The notes beneath the pieces are model-generated. The model did no database searches. It saw only the letters and a program-made list of their open reading frames with translations, and had not been told where the DNA came from. From contig DFUR01000105.1 in the NCBI GenBank assembly GCA_002380425.1, forward strand, positions 7,614-71,613: a DNA stretch of 64,000 nucleotides, read 5' to 3'. A program made the position numbers and the translations under genes. This document shows positions 1 to 9,668 of this stretch, piece by piece (position 1 is the stretch's first letter; the number at the start of each line of letters is the position of its first letter). Source of the stretch: Bacteroidales bacterium UBA4181. GTDB taxonomy: Bacteria > Bacteroidota > Bacteroidia > Bacteroidales > UBA4181.

Positions 1-249
1 GGTAGTCCAGGAGGCCACAACGGGTTGGCCAGTATTGTGGAGCAAATCGGTTCTCAAGACTTTCCGAGGCTCAGATTTGGGATTGGTGATACTTTTCACA
101 AGGGAGCCCAGATTGACTATGTGCTGAGTCCTTTTGCCAGGGAGGAATGGGACCAGATGCCCGAACGACTGCGCATGGTTTCGGAGGCAGTGCAGAGTTT
201 TGTCACCATCGGGGTAGAACGCACCATGAATTTCTACAACAATAAGTGA
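1..249 (+). CDS. pth: peptidyl-tRNA hydrolase, C-terminal part (5' end lies outside the window)
   Basis: Frame 1 is open from nt 1. The translation GSPGGHNGLASIVEQIGSQDFPRLRFGIG carries the conserved Pth GGHNG and RLR(I/F)GIG motifs. It is followed by an S4-domain gene, the usual arrangement. Confidence 0.85.
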   Translation, partial: GSPGGHNGLASIVEQIGSQDFPRLRFGIGDTFHKGAQIDYVLSPFAREEWDQMPERLRMVSEAVQSFVTIGVERTMNFYNNK

Positions 250-626
250 TGATTTCCCTGACCGTCAGATTGGATAAGTTCCTCTGGGCTGTCCGGTTAT
301 TCAAGACAAGGGCGCTGGCGGCGGAGGCCTGTGAAGGAGGAAAGGTCCGCTACGGAGAACTCAGGGTCAAGCCCTCCCGGTCAGTCCGTGCCGGGGATGT
401 CATCTGTATCCGGACGCCCGATCTGGTGTCTCAGTATCGTGTGGAAGCGTTGTGTGATAAGCGGCTCTCCGCCTCGCTCGTCCAGAATTTTCTTACCAAC
501 ATTACGCCCCCCGAAGAACTGGAATTGTGCCGTCTGCGGAGGCTGCAAAAACCTCCCGTCAGGGATCCCGGAACGGGCAGACCTACCAAGAAAGACCGGC
601 GGTCGCTGGACCGCCTCACCGACTAA
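246..626 (+). CDS. hslR: S4-domain RNA-binding protein (heat-shock protein 15-like)
   Basis: RLDKFLWAVRLFKTRALAAEACEGGKVRYGELRVKPSRSVRAGDVI is a typical S4/Hsp15 fold signature. It has a basic C-terminal tail and a 4-nt ATGA overlap with pth. Confidence 0.75.
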   Translation: MMISLTVRLDKFLWAVRLFKTRALAAEACEGGKVRYGELRVKPSRSVRAGDVICIRTPDLVSQYRVEALCDKRLSASLVQNFLTNITPPEELELCRLRRLQKPPVRDPGTGRPTKKDRRSLDRLTD

Positions 627-649
627 CCTCAGGGTGTTTCTGGAATATC

Positions 650-1639
650 TCAGAAAGTATAAGTCAGATTGATGGTGAAGGATTCCTTGATTTGCAGGGT
701 AGGCCCCCTGTCTTTGGCTGCTCTCTGGTCATCATCATACTGCATGTCCACGTTGAAGTTGGCCGTGATGTATTTGTGCAGATTGAACCTGGATGAGAGT
801 TTCCAGAATACGTCCACACACGCCGGGTCAGAGGCGTAATTGGAGAACAGTTCCAGCTGGGAATCAACAGACCATTTCTTCTCGAAAAACTGAACCCCGT
901 ACTTCACCAGCAAGCCCCCTCCGATTTCGTATTTGGAGCGTTCACCCACTTCCTTGTCCTTCCAGTTTCCGAGTTCATCCTGCACTTTGATCTTCTTAGT
1001 CAAACCTGCATTCCGCTGGATGTTCAGGTCGTCGGAGTTCACATAGATGGCCCGTCCCATGGCAGGGGAGAGCATCACCGAAAGGTTCTTGACGGATTTA
1101 ATATCCACCCCGACAGAGAGAAATAGCTGAACCGGTGCGATAAAATTGGAAACCTTGGTAGTGTCCTTGCCGTATTTATAGCCGGGAGCAAACTGGGTCT
1201 TAGCCAGGAGAGCGCTGGAACAGAAAAGCTTCTCAGTCGTCTGGTATCCCAGTTTTGAGAGCAGTTCAATCTTGTCCTCCATTTTTTGGGGTTTGCTTTC
1301 CCCCTTGGCCATCTGGGCATAGACAAGGGTCGCGTAATTCTCCCATACAATCTTGTTCTTCCGGTAGTTGGCAAAGAGGTTGGCCGCCCCCCGGATGTGG
1401 AAATTGTTTTCTCCTCCCTTCGCCCAGTGGGTAAAGGAGTTCTGGCTGAAACCTGCAGACAGGTCCCCCCCCAGTTTCCATCGGATGGAATCCTTGGGCC
1501 CGGGCAGTTTTTTTGCGTCTGTACGGACATTGGCCACGGTCGATTGCGCATTCTTGATGGCCTGGTCCGTACTGGACTGTGCCGAAAGCCAGGAGAGGCC
1601 GCAGCACAGAAAGACACAGAGAATAATCAGTCGGTTCAT
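650..1639 (-). CDS. DUF3078-type outer-membrane beta-barrel protein
   Basis: The ORF runs 650..1678. The likely start is the ATG at 1639, giving the signal peptide MNRLIILCVFLCCGLSWLSAQ. The WKLGGDLSAGFSQNSFTHWAKGGENN motif, alternating beta-strand pattern and terminal aromatic (YTF) fit DUF3078 proteins. Confidence 0.65.
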   Translation of the reverse strand: MNRLIILCVFLCCGLSWLSAQSSTDQAIKNAQSTVANVRTDAKKLPGPKDSIRWKLGGDLSAGFSQNSFTHWAKGGENNFHIRGAANLFANYRKNKIVWENYATLVYAQMAKGESKPQKMEDKIELLSKLGYQTTEKLFCSSALLAKTQFAPGYKYGKDTTKVSNFIAPVQLFLSVGVDIKSVKNLSVMLSPAMGRAIYVNSDDLNIQRNAGLTKKIKVQDELGNWKDKEVGERSKYEIGGGLLVKYGVQFFEKKWSVDSQLELFSNYASDPACVDVFWKLSSRFNLHKYITANFNVDMQYDDDQRAAKDRGPTLQIKESFTINLTYTF

Positions 1640-1655
1640 CAGTACTATATTTGTT

Positions 1656-2972
1656 CTACATTTCCAGGGCAATGGCACCGCTTAACTGGAGCAGGGTAAT
1701 CTCTGCTACCTTGGCATTGAAGGCGGCTTCCACCACCCTGTTGCTGGCCGAAAGGTAGCTGCGTTGGGCATCCCGGAGCTGAACTGCCGAGATGGCTCCC
1801 ACCCGGTATCGTTCCATAGCTGCGTCCAGATTCTCGCCCGCCACGGAGAGATTCTCGGATTCCACCTCATAGAGCATACGATTTCGTTCATAAGCATTGA
1901 ATGCCAGTGCCACCTGTGTCTCAACCGACAAAACTGTTTCCCGGTGTTCCAGTTCCACACTCTCCCGGCTAATCTGGGCATTGCGGATACGCCGCCGGAG
2001 ATTGCTCCCGTCAAAGAGGGGGATGCTGGCCGAAAGTCCGTAGTTGAAACTCCGGGTATTGTTGGACGACCACGCCCCCTGATCCTGAAGAGAACGGCCC
2101 AGGGCAAAGTCTGTGGACGCCCGCACCACCGGCCACTGTTCGGCCCGGATTTCCTTGAGCGTAGCAGTAGCCACCTGAATGGAAATCTCAGCCAGGGCAA
2201 TGTCTGGGTTGGCTTCCAGAGCTCTTTGGAGGGTGGCTCCATACTCCAGGGATGTCTGCAGGGTAATGGAGTCCCCGGCCACGAAGTCCGTATTCACGTC
2301 TCTGGCCAGAAGCCTGTTGAGATGAATGCGGGTATTGCGCAGTTCCTCTTCCTGTTTGAGCAGGGCCGTGGTGTCGGTATTGTAATCCACCCGGGAGGAG
2401 AGTACTTCCAGACGGGCTGCTACCCCTGCTTCGTAACGGTCCCTGGCATTGGTGAGCCTCAGACGGGATACCCTCAGAATGCTCTGCATGATCTCCAGTT
2501 CATCCTGCTGCCGAACGATATCGAAATAGGTGGTTATGATACTGGCAATGGTATTCTGGATGGTTCGCCTGCTTGCGGCTTCGCCCATCAGTGCGAGTTC
2601 CTGCAGTTTTTCGTATGTGGCAAACATCCCCAGTCCGTCAAAAACCGTCCAGTCCAGCGCAAGACCCGCAGAGTAACGGGCAGAGGCATCATTAGCCGAT
2701 CGGCTCACGGAACCGTCGGCCATTTCCATGCGGTTGGAACTGATGTCCCGGGAGGCTGACCCCGAGGCGGCAACCGTGGGAAGCATGCCGGCGTTGCCCG
2801 GGGTGACATTGTTCCGGGCAATTTGTTCGTCCTGACGGGAAAGCAGAATCGAATAATTGTTGGCCAATCCGATTTCAACGGCATCCTTGAGAGAGAGCAC
2901 CGTTTGGGCTCCGGCCGGAATGGCCAGGCACAACAGGGCAGCAAACAATATGTGGGAAAGAGAGGTTCTCAT
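1656..2972 (-). CDS. TolC-family outer-membrane efflux channel
   Basis: About 440 aa with a signal peptide and two repeated coiled-coil halves (e.g. LSLKDAVEIGLANNYSILLSRQDEQIARNN). It lies directly downstream of the RND pump. The ORF extends to 2996, but the ATG at 2972 gives a cleaner signal peptide and avoids overlap with the pump gene. Confidence 0.9.
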   Translation of the reverse strand: MRTSLSHILFAALLCLAIPAGAQTVLSLKDAVEIGLANNYSILLSRQDEQIARNNVTPGNAGMLPTVAASGSASRDISSNRMEMADGSVSRSANDASARYSAGLALDWTVFDGLGMFATYEKLQELALMGEAASRRTIQNTIASIITTYFDIVRQQDELEIMQSILRVSRLRLTNARDRYEAGVAARLEVLSSRVDYNTDTTALLKQEEELRNTRIHLNRLLARDVNTDFVAGDSITLQTSLEYGATLQRALEANPDIALAEISIQVATATLKEIRAEQWPVVRASTDFALGRSLQDQGAWSSNNTRSFNYGLSASIPLFDGSNLRRRIRNAQISRESVELEHRETVLSVETQVALAFNAYERNRMLYEVESENLSVAGENLDAAMERYRVGAISAVQLRDAQRSYLSASNRVVEAAFNAKVAEITLLQLSGAIALEM

Positions 2973-2976
2973 GCTT

Positions 2977-5900
2977 CTATTCGGGCTGTATGTCATAATC
3001 CTTTTCGTGCACCATTTTGCGGCTTTTCGACGTCAGGAAGGTATAGATCACAGGGATAACAAACAAGGTCATAGCAGTGGAGAAGACCATCCCGCCCACC
3101 ACGGCAATTCCCATGGAAACCCGGCTCTCAGCACCTGCACCGAGCGCCAGAGCGATGGGAAGAATTCCCAGAATGGTTGCCAGACTTGTCATCAGGATAG
3201 GGCGGATACGTGAGGCAGAGGCATCCTTGACGGCCTCAATAATCCCCATCCCCGCATCCCTCCTTTGGTTGGCAAATTCCACAATCAGAATGCCATTCTT
3301 GGTGACCAGCCCAACCAGCATAATGATGCCAATCTCGCTGAAAATATTGATGGTTTGGTCAAAAAGCCAAAGCGAAGCGAGAGCTCCGGCAAGGGCCAGA
3401 GGAACCGTCATCAGGATGGTCAGCGGGTCCCGGAAACTCTCGAACTGGGCGGCCAGCACCAGATAGACCAGCACCAGTGCCAGAGCAAAAGCAAAATATA
3501 TGCTGGAGGTGCTCTCGGTGAGTTCTCTGGCTTGTCCCGAGAGGTCTCTCCGGAAGCTGTCGTCCAGCACTTTTTTCGCCACTGAGTCCATGGCCACAAT
3601 GCCCTCGCCCAGAGATACCTTGGGGGCCATCATGGCAGTGATGGTGGCGGCTGCATACCGATTGAACCGGAACAGTTGAGGGGTGGTACTTTTCTCTGTC
3701 TTGGTCACCAGATTATCCAACTGCACCAGTTCCCCGTTATTGTTACGCACATACAAGGCGGTAAGGTCCTTGGGGTCGTTGCGGCTGGTTTTTTTCATTT
3801 CTCCGAACACTTCGTATTGCTTGCCATTCATGGTGAAGTAATCGTACCTCTGGCCGCTCATCCCATATTGCAAAGTCTGGGCCACGTTTTGCACGGTCAC
3901 ATTGAGCGACCGGGCTTTGTCCCGGTTCACCTCGATCACCAATTCGGGCTTGGAAAACTTCAGGTTCGTTTCCACAAAGGTAAACATGGGGTTCTTGGAT
4001 GCTTCCTCAATGAATCTGGGCAACACCTCGCGTAGTTTCTCCTTGTCTGTGGCCTGAATGACATACGAGAGGCCTTGGCCGGAGCGCCGGTCCCCGATGG
4101 TAGGGTCCTGCGACACCATTACCCTGCCGTTGCTCAGTATTCGGGCGTCAACCGTCATCTTGTCCGCAATCTCCTGCTGAGAGCGACTCCGCTCAGAGCG
4201 TTCCTTGAGAAAAACAGACACCGAGCCCCCACCTGAGCCAAAACCCACATTGGAGATGAAAGCATGTTCCGGGATAGAATCGTAAGCCAGGTCAGCCAGT
4301 TGGTCGATGTACGACCAGGTATTGATGCGTGAAATGCCCTCGGGGAGGGTGATGCGCATATTGATGCGGTTGCGGTCCTCCAGCGGGGCCAGCTCCTGTT
4401 TGAGACTTTTGAAGAAGACCGCCACCAGAACAAAAGACGCACCCAGGATGGCCAGGGCAATCCAGCGCCGTACCATCAAGCGGTTCAGTAACTTACGGTA
4501 GCCACTGATCATTCCCTGAAAAAATCCTTCGGTAGCCCTGTACAACCTGCCCTCTGAGGACCTGTGGGAGATGATTCTCGAAGAAAGCATCGGGGAGAGC
4601 GACAGGGCTACAAACGATGAAATCAGCACTGAGCCGGCAATCACGATGCCGAACTCGCGGAACAGCCTTCCGGTGAGTCCCTGGAGAAAGATTACCGGAA
4701 GGAAAACGAACACCAGTACCACCGTGGTAGAGATAATGGCGAAGTAGATCTCTCTGGAGCCTTTGAATGCGGCCTCGATGGGGTGCATTCCCGATTCGAC
4801 CTTAACATAGATGTTTTCCATCATCACAATGGCATCGTCCACCACCAACCCGATGGAAAGCACGATGGCCAGCAGGGTCAGGACGTTGATGGAGAAGCCC
4901 ATTACATACATGATGAAGAATGACCCGATGAGGGATATGGGAATGGCGATGATGGGGATAAAGGTGGTCCGCCAACTGCGCAGGAAGGCAAAGATGATGA
5001 GTACCACCAGAACAAACGCAATCATGATGGTTTCTTCCACTTCTTTCAGTGACCTCCGGATATAATCGGCAGATTCATAGACTGTCTGGACCAGAATGTC
5101 GTCCGGGAGGGACTTCTTGATTTCTTCCAGGCGCACATGAAAAGCATCCGAAATATCTACGTGGTTGGCCCCTGCCTGAGGAATGAGCTGAATGGACACC
5201 ACGGGTACCCCGTTGAGCTTGGCCAACGATTTCTCATTGGCCGGAGCGTACATCACATCGGCGATGTCCTTGATCTTCACGGGCATTCCATTCTCTTCCT
5301 TGATGATCAATTCCTTGAACTGGTCCACATCGGTCAGTTTGCCCAATGTCCGGATGCTGAGCTCAATATTGCCCCCTTCAATACTCCCCGTTGGCAGCTC
5401 CACATTCTCGCTGCGTACGGTGTTGCGCACATCCAGCGGAGTAAGGTTGTAGGCGGCGAGTTTCACCGGATCGAGAAGAATCCGGATGGCATAGCGTTTT
5501 TCGCCAAAGATTCCCACCTCACTGACTCCGGGAATGGTCTGCAACCGCTCCTTGAAGACCCGGTCCGCAATATCCGAAAGTTCCAGCAGGGAGCGTTTCT
5601 CGCTGCGCACACTCAGAAATATAATGGGGCTGGCATCGGAGTCCTGTTTGCTCACTGTAGGAGGATCGCAGTCGGCAGGAAGTTGTCGTTGTACCCGCGA
5701 CACCCGGTCGCGTACATCGTTTGCGGCTGTTTCCAGGTCTGTGCCCAGCACAAACTCCACGGTGAGGCCGCAACGTCCGTCGCTACTGCGTGAAGAGAGC
5801 GTGCGGATACCGGCGATGCCGTTGATGGATTCCTCCAAGCGTTCTGTGATTTGGGTCTCAATAATTTCGGCATTGGCCCCCGGATAGGAAACCGAAACAT

Positions 5901-6036
5901 TGATGATGGGAGGGTCCACATTGGGATATTCCCGGACAGGCAGAGACAAAATTCCGATGCCCCCGAAGATGACAATGACCAGCGACATTACAATCGACAG
6001 GACGGGACGCTTGATGCTGGTGGAGGCGAGACTCAT
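2977..6036 (-). CDS. RND efflux permease (AcrB/HAE1 family)
   Basis: 1019 aa. It starts MSLASTSIKRPVLSIVMSLVIVIFGGIGILSLPVREYPNVDPP and has the 12-TM, two-large-loop architecture typical of AcrB-type pumps. Confidence 0.95.
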   Translation of the reverse strand: MSLASTSIKRPVLSIVMSLVIVIFGGIGILSLPVREYPNVDPPIINVSVSYPGANAEIIETQITERLEESINGIAGIRTLSSRSSDGRCGLTVEFVLGTDLETAANDVRDRVSRVQRQLPADCDPPTVSKQDSDASPIIFLSVRSEKRSLLELSDIADRVFKERLQTIPGVSEVGIFGEKRYAIRILLDPVKLAAYNLTPLDVRNTVRSENVELPTGSIEGGNIELSIRTLGKLTDVDQFKELIIKEENGMPVKIKDIADVMYAPANEKSLAKLNGVPVVSIQLIPQAGANHVDISDAFHVRLEEIKKSLPDDILVQTVYESADYIRRSLKEVEETIMIAFVLVVLIIFAFLRSWRTTFIPIIAIPISLIGSFFIMYVMGFSINVLTLLAIVLSIGLVVDDAIVMMENIYVKVESGMHPIEAAFKGSREIYFAIISTTVVLVFVFLPVIFLQGLTGRLFREFGIVIAGSVLISSFVALSLSPMLSSRIISHRSSEGRLYRATEGFFQGMISGYRKLLNRLMVRRWIALAILGASFVLVAVFFKSLKQELAPLEDRNRINMRITLPEGISRINTWSYIDQLADLAYDSIPEHAFISNVGFGSGGGSVSVFLKERSERSRSQQEIADKMTVDARILSNGRVMVSQDPTIGDRRSGQGLSYVIQATDKEKLREVLPRFIEEASKNPMFTFVETNLKFSKPELVIEVNRDKARSLNVTVQNVAQTLQYGMSGQRYDYFTMNGKQYEVFGEMKKTSRNDPKDLTALYVRNNNGELVQLDNLVTKTEKSTTPQLFRFNRYAAATITAMMAPKVSLGEGIVAMDSVAKKVLDDSFRRDLSGQARELTESTSSIYFAFALALVLVYLVLAAQFESFRDPLTILMTVPLALAGALASLWLFDQTINIFSEIGIIMLVGLVTKNGILIVEFANQRRDAGMGIIEAVKDASASRIRPILMTSLATILGILPIALALGAGAESRVSMGIAVVGGMVFSTAMTLFVIPVIYTFLTSKSRKMVHEKDYDIQPE

Positions 6037-6039
6037 GGG

Positions 6040-7098
6040 TTATTTCAAAATTTTAGAGATGGTTACCTTTGAACGTGGGGTGATCTGAAGAATCCCGCTG
6101 GTGATGATTGTGTCGCCTGGCGCCACTCCTTTAAGGACATGGATGTGGGTATTGGTCCGTGTGCCTGTTTCGATGAACTCTGGAATAGGCAGGCCGCTGC
6201 GGTATTTGTAAATTCTGGCCCCCTCGGCTTCCAGTGAAATGGCATCTGTGGGAATCAGGATGGCATCCTGAATGGCATCCAGCACCAGATCTACCTCCAC
6301 ATAGGAGCCGGGAATAAAAAGCCCTTTGGGATTGGGCAATTGAGCCTTAAGTTGCAGGGACCGGGTGGACTCATCAATGCGGGGTTCCCGGGCAAAAATC
6401 CGGGCCTGGTGGACATCCACAGAGCCGCTCATCTTGAACGAAACCATAGAGTGCAGAGGCAGCGAAGCTGCGTATTTCTCCGGGATGGAGAAAACTACCT
6501 TAGCCGGGTCACTGTTCACCAGTGAGGCAATCTCTGTCCCGGTGTTGATTACGTCCCCGGGGGATATCTTACGAAGCCCCAGAGTCCCGTCAAAGGGTGC
6601 TTTCACTTCCGTTTTGGAAATCTGAGCTTTGAGCTGTTCTATCTCCGCTCTTGCTGTGCCCAAGTCAGCGCTGACATCATCGTATTCCTGCTGGCTGATG
6701 GATTCCTTGGCCAAAAGGGTCCTCTGCCGGAGCTCCTTGTCGCTGAGGTTTTTCTCTTTGATGACAGCCTTGGCCAGTCCTGCCTGTAAGTCTTCATCGT
6801 ACATTTTTACCAACAGGGTGCCTTTGCGCACCCGCTGACCTTCGTTGAAGAAGATCTGAACCACTTTCCCCGGAACTTCACTCTTGAGCATCACTTCCTC
6901 ATTGGCAACAATCGATCCCTTGATGGTGATTCTTTCAGGAAACGGGGCCGGTGTGGCCACAATCACATCCACCGGAATCGGGGCCCGGGGAGGGGAGGCC
7001 GTTGGTCCGGCCACAGATTTCTTCCCGTTCAGAGAGGTATAGGCCAGATACCCGATGATGATGACAATGACCGCGTAGAGTATGTATTTGGTCTTCAT
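6040..7098 (-). CDS. RND efflux periplasmic adaptor (membrane fusion protein)
   Basis: 352 aa with an N-terminal TM anchor, a coiled-coil hairpin (ARAEIEQLKAQISKTEVKAPFDG) and a beta-barrel domain. It is the first gene of the MFP-RND-OMP operon. Confidence 0.9.
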   Translation of the reverse strand: MKTKYILYAVIVIIIGYLAYTSLNGKKSVAGPTASPPRAPIPVDVIVATPAPFPERITIKGSIVANEEVMLKSEVPGKVVQIFFNEGQRVRKGTLLVKMYDEDLQAGLAKAVIKEKNLSDKELRQRTLLAKESISQQEYDDVSADLGTARAEIEQLKAQISKTEVKAPFDGTLGLRKISPGDVINTGTEIASLVNSDPAKVVFSIPEKYAASLPLHSMVSFKMSGSVDVHQARIFAREPRIDESTRSLQLKAQLPNPKGLFIPGSYVEVDLVLDAIQDAILIPTDAISLEAEGARIYKYRSGLPIPEFIETGTRTNTHIHVLKGVAPGDTIITSGILQITPRSKVTISKILK

Positions 7099-7215
7099 TT
7101 TGCGAAATTTTCCTAAAAGTGCTATTTTTTTACGGGATTCGGAGCAAACGAGGTTTCAAAATTTCTTAATAATTGTTAATTTGGCTCCGAATAAAACTAT
7201 CATCGTAAGCCGGCA

Positions 7216-8316
7216 TTGAAAAATGAGTCTCTTTTTAGGTTTTTCCAGAGCGCGCTTGTTCCGCTCCTGATTTGTTGCGTCTGTCTCCCGGCGTGCAGTT
7301 CCCCGGGGAGCAGGCAGACGCACCGGTTGGTTTTTTACAATGTGGAGAACCTTACCGATCCCAGCGACGACCCTGTGAAGGACGATGATGCCTTCACGCC
7401 CGGGGGCGAGATGCATTGGACACCTCAGCGTCTGGAGCGAAAGGCATTCGGCATCTTCAGGGTTCTGTCCCATATCGGGGCAGGTGAACTTCCTGCCATC
7501 GTGTGTTTGGCTGAGGTGGAGAATCGTTGGGTGCTGCAATATCTGGTCAGCCATACTCCCCTGTCTGCGGGGAATTATCGCATTGTTCATCAGGATGCTC
7601 CCGACAGGCGGGGCATGGATGTGGCCCTCCTGCTTCGTTCCGCCGGACCTCAGTACCTGGGCGCCCGGTTTATCCGGGTATCACTCTCCGGAGCCCAGAA
7701 CCCTGCCACCCGGGATATCCTCTATGCCCGGTTCAGGGCTCCCTCGGGGGATACCCTCCACCTGTTTGTGAACCACTGGCCCTCCCGCTCCGGTGGTACG
7801 GCTCTGACTGAACCTCTGAGACTTCAGGCAGCCAGTGTGCTGCACCACCACACCGACTCTATCTTTGACCGCAATCCTGCGGCATCCGTTGTGGTGACCG
7901 GGGATTTCAACGATGGTCCGGAGCAGAAGAGCCTCCGGGAAGTTCTTGGGGCGGTAGCCCTACCTTACCTGGGCAGACAGGGATCTCCAGGCGGGCGGGA
8001 CACTTCTTCAGAGCCAACCGCGTTGGCTTTGCCGCAGCTGTACAATCTGATGCTTCCCTGCCCGGAACCGGGCACATACAAGTATCAGGGGATATGGGAA
8101 TGTATTGACCAGATTATCCTGTCCGGATCCATGCTTGTCAAGGACAATGGCTGGACGGCTGACCCGGAAGGGGCAAGGGTATTTCACCCTGAGTACTTGT
8201 TGGAAGAAGACAAACAGTTCATGGGAAAGAAACCCTTCCGTAGCTACACGGGGCCCCGGTACCATGGTGGGTACAGCGACCATCTTCCTGTTTATATGGA
8301 TATTACAGCCCGGTGA
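7216..8316 (+). CDS. endonuclease/exonuclease/phosphatase (EEP) family lipoprotein
   Basis: It has a lipobox-like N-terminus (CCVCLPACSS) and the EEP motifs FYNVENL, LAEVEN, VNHWPSRSGG, GDFND and YSDHLPV. The start is a TTG in the ORF track and is uncertain. Confidence 0.75.
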   Translation: MKNESLFRFFQSALVPLLICCVCLPACSSPGSRQTHRLVFYNVENLTDPSDDPVKDDDAFTPGGEMHWTPQRLERKAFGIFRVLSHIGAGELPAIVCLAEVENRWVLQYLVSHTPLSAGNYRIVHQDAPDRRGMDVALLLRSAGPQYLGARFIRVSLSGAQNPATRDILYARFRAPSGDTLHLFVNHWPSRSGGTALTEPLRLQAASVLHHHTDSIFDRNPAASVVVTGDFNDGPEQKSLREVLGAVALPYLGRQGSPGGRDTSSEPTALALPQLYNLMLPCPEPGTYKYQGIWECIDQIILSGSMLVKDNGWTADPEGARVFHPEYLLEEDKQFMGKKPFRSYTGPRYHGGYSDHLPVYMDITAR

Positions 8317-9475
8317 TGTCCATGGCGCCGTCCCCGACGCAGGCTACATAGAAGTCGGGGACCAGCCCGGTTCTGGCAGTATAAGCTACAGCAACCTGCT
8401 GCTGGAATGCCTGAATGGCATCCTTGTGAACGAGGCTTACGGTGCAGCCCCCAAAACCGGCGCCGGTCATGCGTGAGCCAATCACTCCGTCAATCTTGCG
8501 GGCTTCTTCCACCAGCGTATCCAGCTCCGTTCCGGTGACTTCGTAGTCATCGCGCAGAGAGTCGTGCGAGGCGTTCATGAGTTGTCCGAATTCTTCCAGC
8601 TTTCCGGCCTTGAGGCAGGCAACGGCCGTTTTGACGCGAGCGTTTTCCGAGACGGCATGGAGGGCACGTTTCCGGATGACTGCATCCGGAATCAGGTGTT
8701 GCCGGGCTTGAAACTCATCCAAGCTCAACTCGCACAGGAAGGAAATCTTTCCGGCTTCGCTGAGGTATGTCACGGCAGCATCGCATTCTGAGCGGCGCTC
8801 GTTGTATTTTGAGTCGGCCAGCCCGCGTCGTTTGTTGGTGTTGGATATCATAATCCGGAAGTCTCCCAGCACTACGGGAACCAGTTCATAGTCCAGCGTG
8901 TCGCACTTGAGGGCAATAGCATGGTCCTTCTTGCCCATAGCCACCGCGAACTGGTCCATAATGCCGCAGTTCACCCCCACAAACTGGTTTTCGGCGCGTT
9001 GAGACATCAGGGCCATCTCTGTCCGGTTGTGTCCCAGTTGGAACATATCGTTCAGCGCAAAGGCGGTGAGGACTTCGATGGAAGCGGAGGAGGAAAGCCC
9101 GGCTCCGTTGGGGATGGTGCCCGTGTAGAGCAACTCCAGACCGGAAGGCTGAAAACCTTTTGTCCTGAGTTGTTGGATCACTCCCAGGGGATAATTCACC
9201 CAGGCGCCGCCGTCCCGTTTGCGGTCCAGATCATCCAGATGTGCATGTTCCTTGTAGTCAAAATTCATGGAGGCAAACTTCAGAACATTGTCCTGGGATT
9301 TGCGCACGGCCAGATAGGTCCCGTAGCTCAGAGCGCAGGGAAACACCAGGCCTCCGTTGTAGTCGGTGTGTTCCCCGATGAGGTTCACCCTGCCTGGGCA
9401 GAAAAACACCTTTACCTCCTGCTGGCTTGTGCCGTACATTTGTTCAAACGCTGCGAGCAATCCCATCCCTTCCAT
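8303..9475 (-). CDS. galK: galactokinase
   Basis: It carries the galactokinase signature GRVNLIGEHTDYNGG and the GHMP ATP motif PNGAGLSSSAS. Length is 390 aa. Confidence 0.95.
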   Translation of the reverse strand: MEGMGLLAAFEQMYGTSQQEVKVFFCPGRVNLIGEHTDYNGGLVFPCALSYGTYLAVRKSQDNVLKFASMNFDYKEHAHLDDLDRKRDGGAWVNYPLGVIQQLRTKGFQPSGLELLYTGTIPNGAGLSSSASIEVLTAFALNDMFQLGHNRTEMALMSQRAENQFVGVNCGIMDQFAVAMGKKDHAIALKCDTLDYELVPVVLGDFRIMISNTNKRRGLADSKYNERRSECDAAVTYLSEAGKISFLCELSLDEFQARQHLIPDAVIRKRALHAVSENARVKTAVACLKAGKLEEFGQLMNASHDSLRDDYEVTGTELDTLVEEARKIDGVIGSRMTGAGFGGCTVSLVHKDAIQAFQQQVAVAYTARTGLVPDFYVACVGDGAMDITGL

Positions 9476-9522
9476 ATTTCCGTAAATTTTGACCCGCGAA
9501 CTTACGGAAAGTTTTTCAAACT

Positions 9523-9538
9523 CCCCAAGGCCTTGGGG
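9523..9538. repeat. perfect 16-bp palindrome CCCCAAGGCCTTGGGG in the galK/moxR divergent intergenic region
   Basis: Read directly from the sequence. The element is self-complementary over all 16 nt. Confidence 0.9.
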
Positions 9539-9668
9539 GAAATCTCACACTCCGTTCCCTTTTCTGTTCTGTCACCGACCCTGACATAATTGCATTTTGG
9601 GCCGCTCGGATATTTTCGGTATCTTTTTTGTTGGAGTTGCAGACTTGAAAACATAAACTATTAACCAT

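Noticed and set aside
1764-2759. A 331-aa plus-strand ORF inside the TolC-like gene. Similar 150-250-aa antisense ORFs occur at 8921-9589, 10458-11093, 21010-21750, 23798-24541, 34916-35614 and 46196-46840.
   Set aside because: All lie opposite strongly supported genes and lack start context or motifs. They are treated as non-coding shadows.
2972-2996. A 20-nt overlap between the RND pump stop and the ORF-track start of the TolC-like gene. A 23-nt overlap of TolC with the DUF3078 ORF start (1656-1678) is similar.
   Set aside because: Internal ATGs at 2972 and 1639 give standard-length signal peptides and remove the overlaps. The longer N-termini (MTYSPNRS..., MPLPWKCRTNIVL...) look like artefacts of taking the longest ORF.
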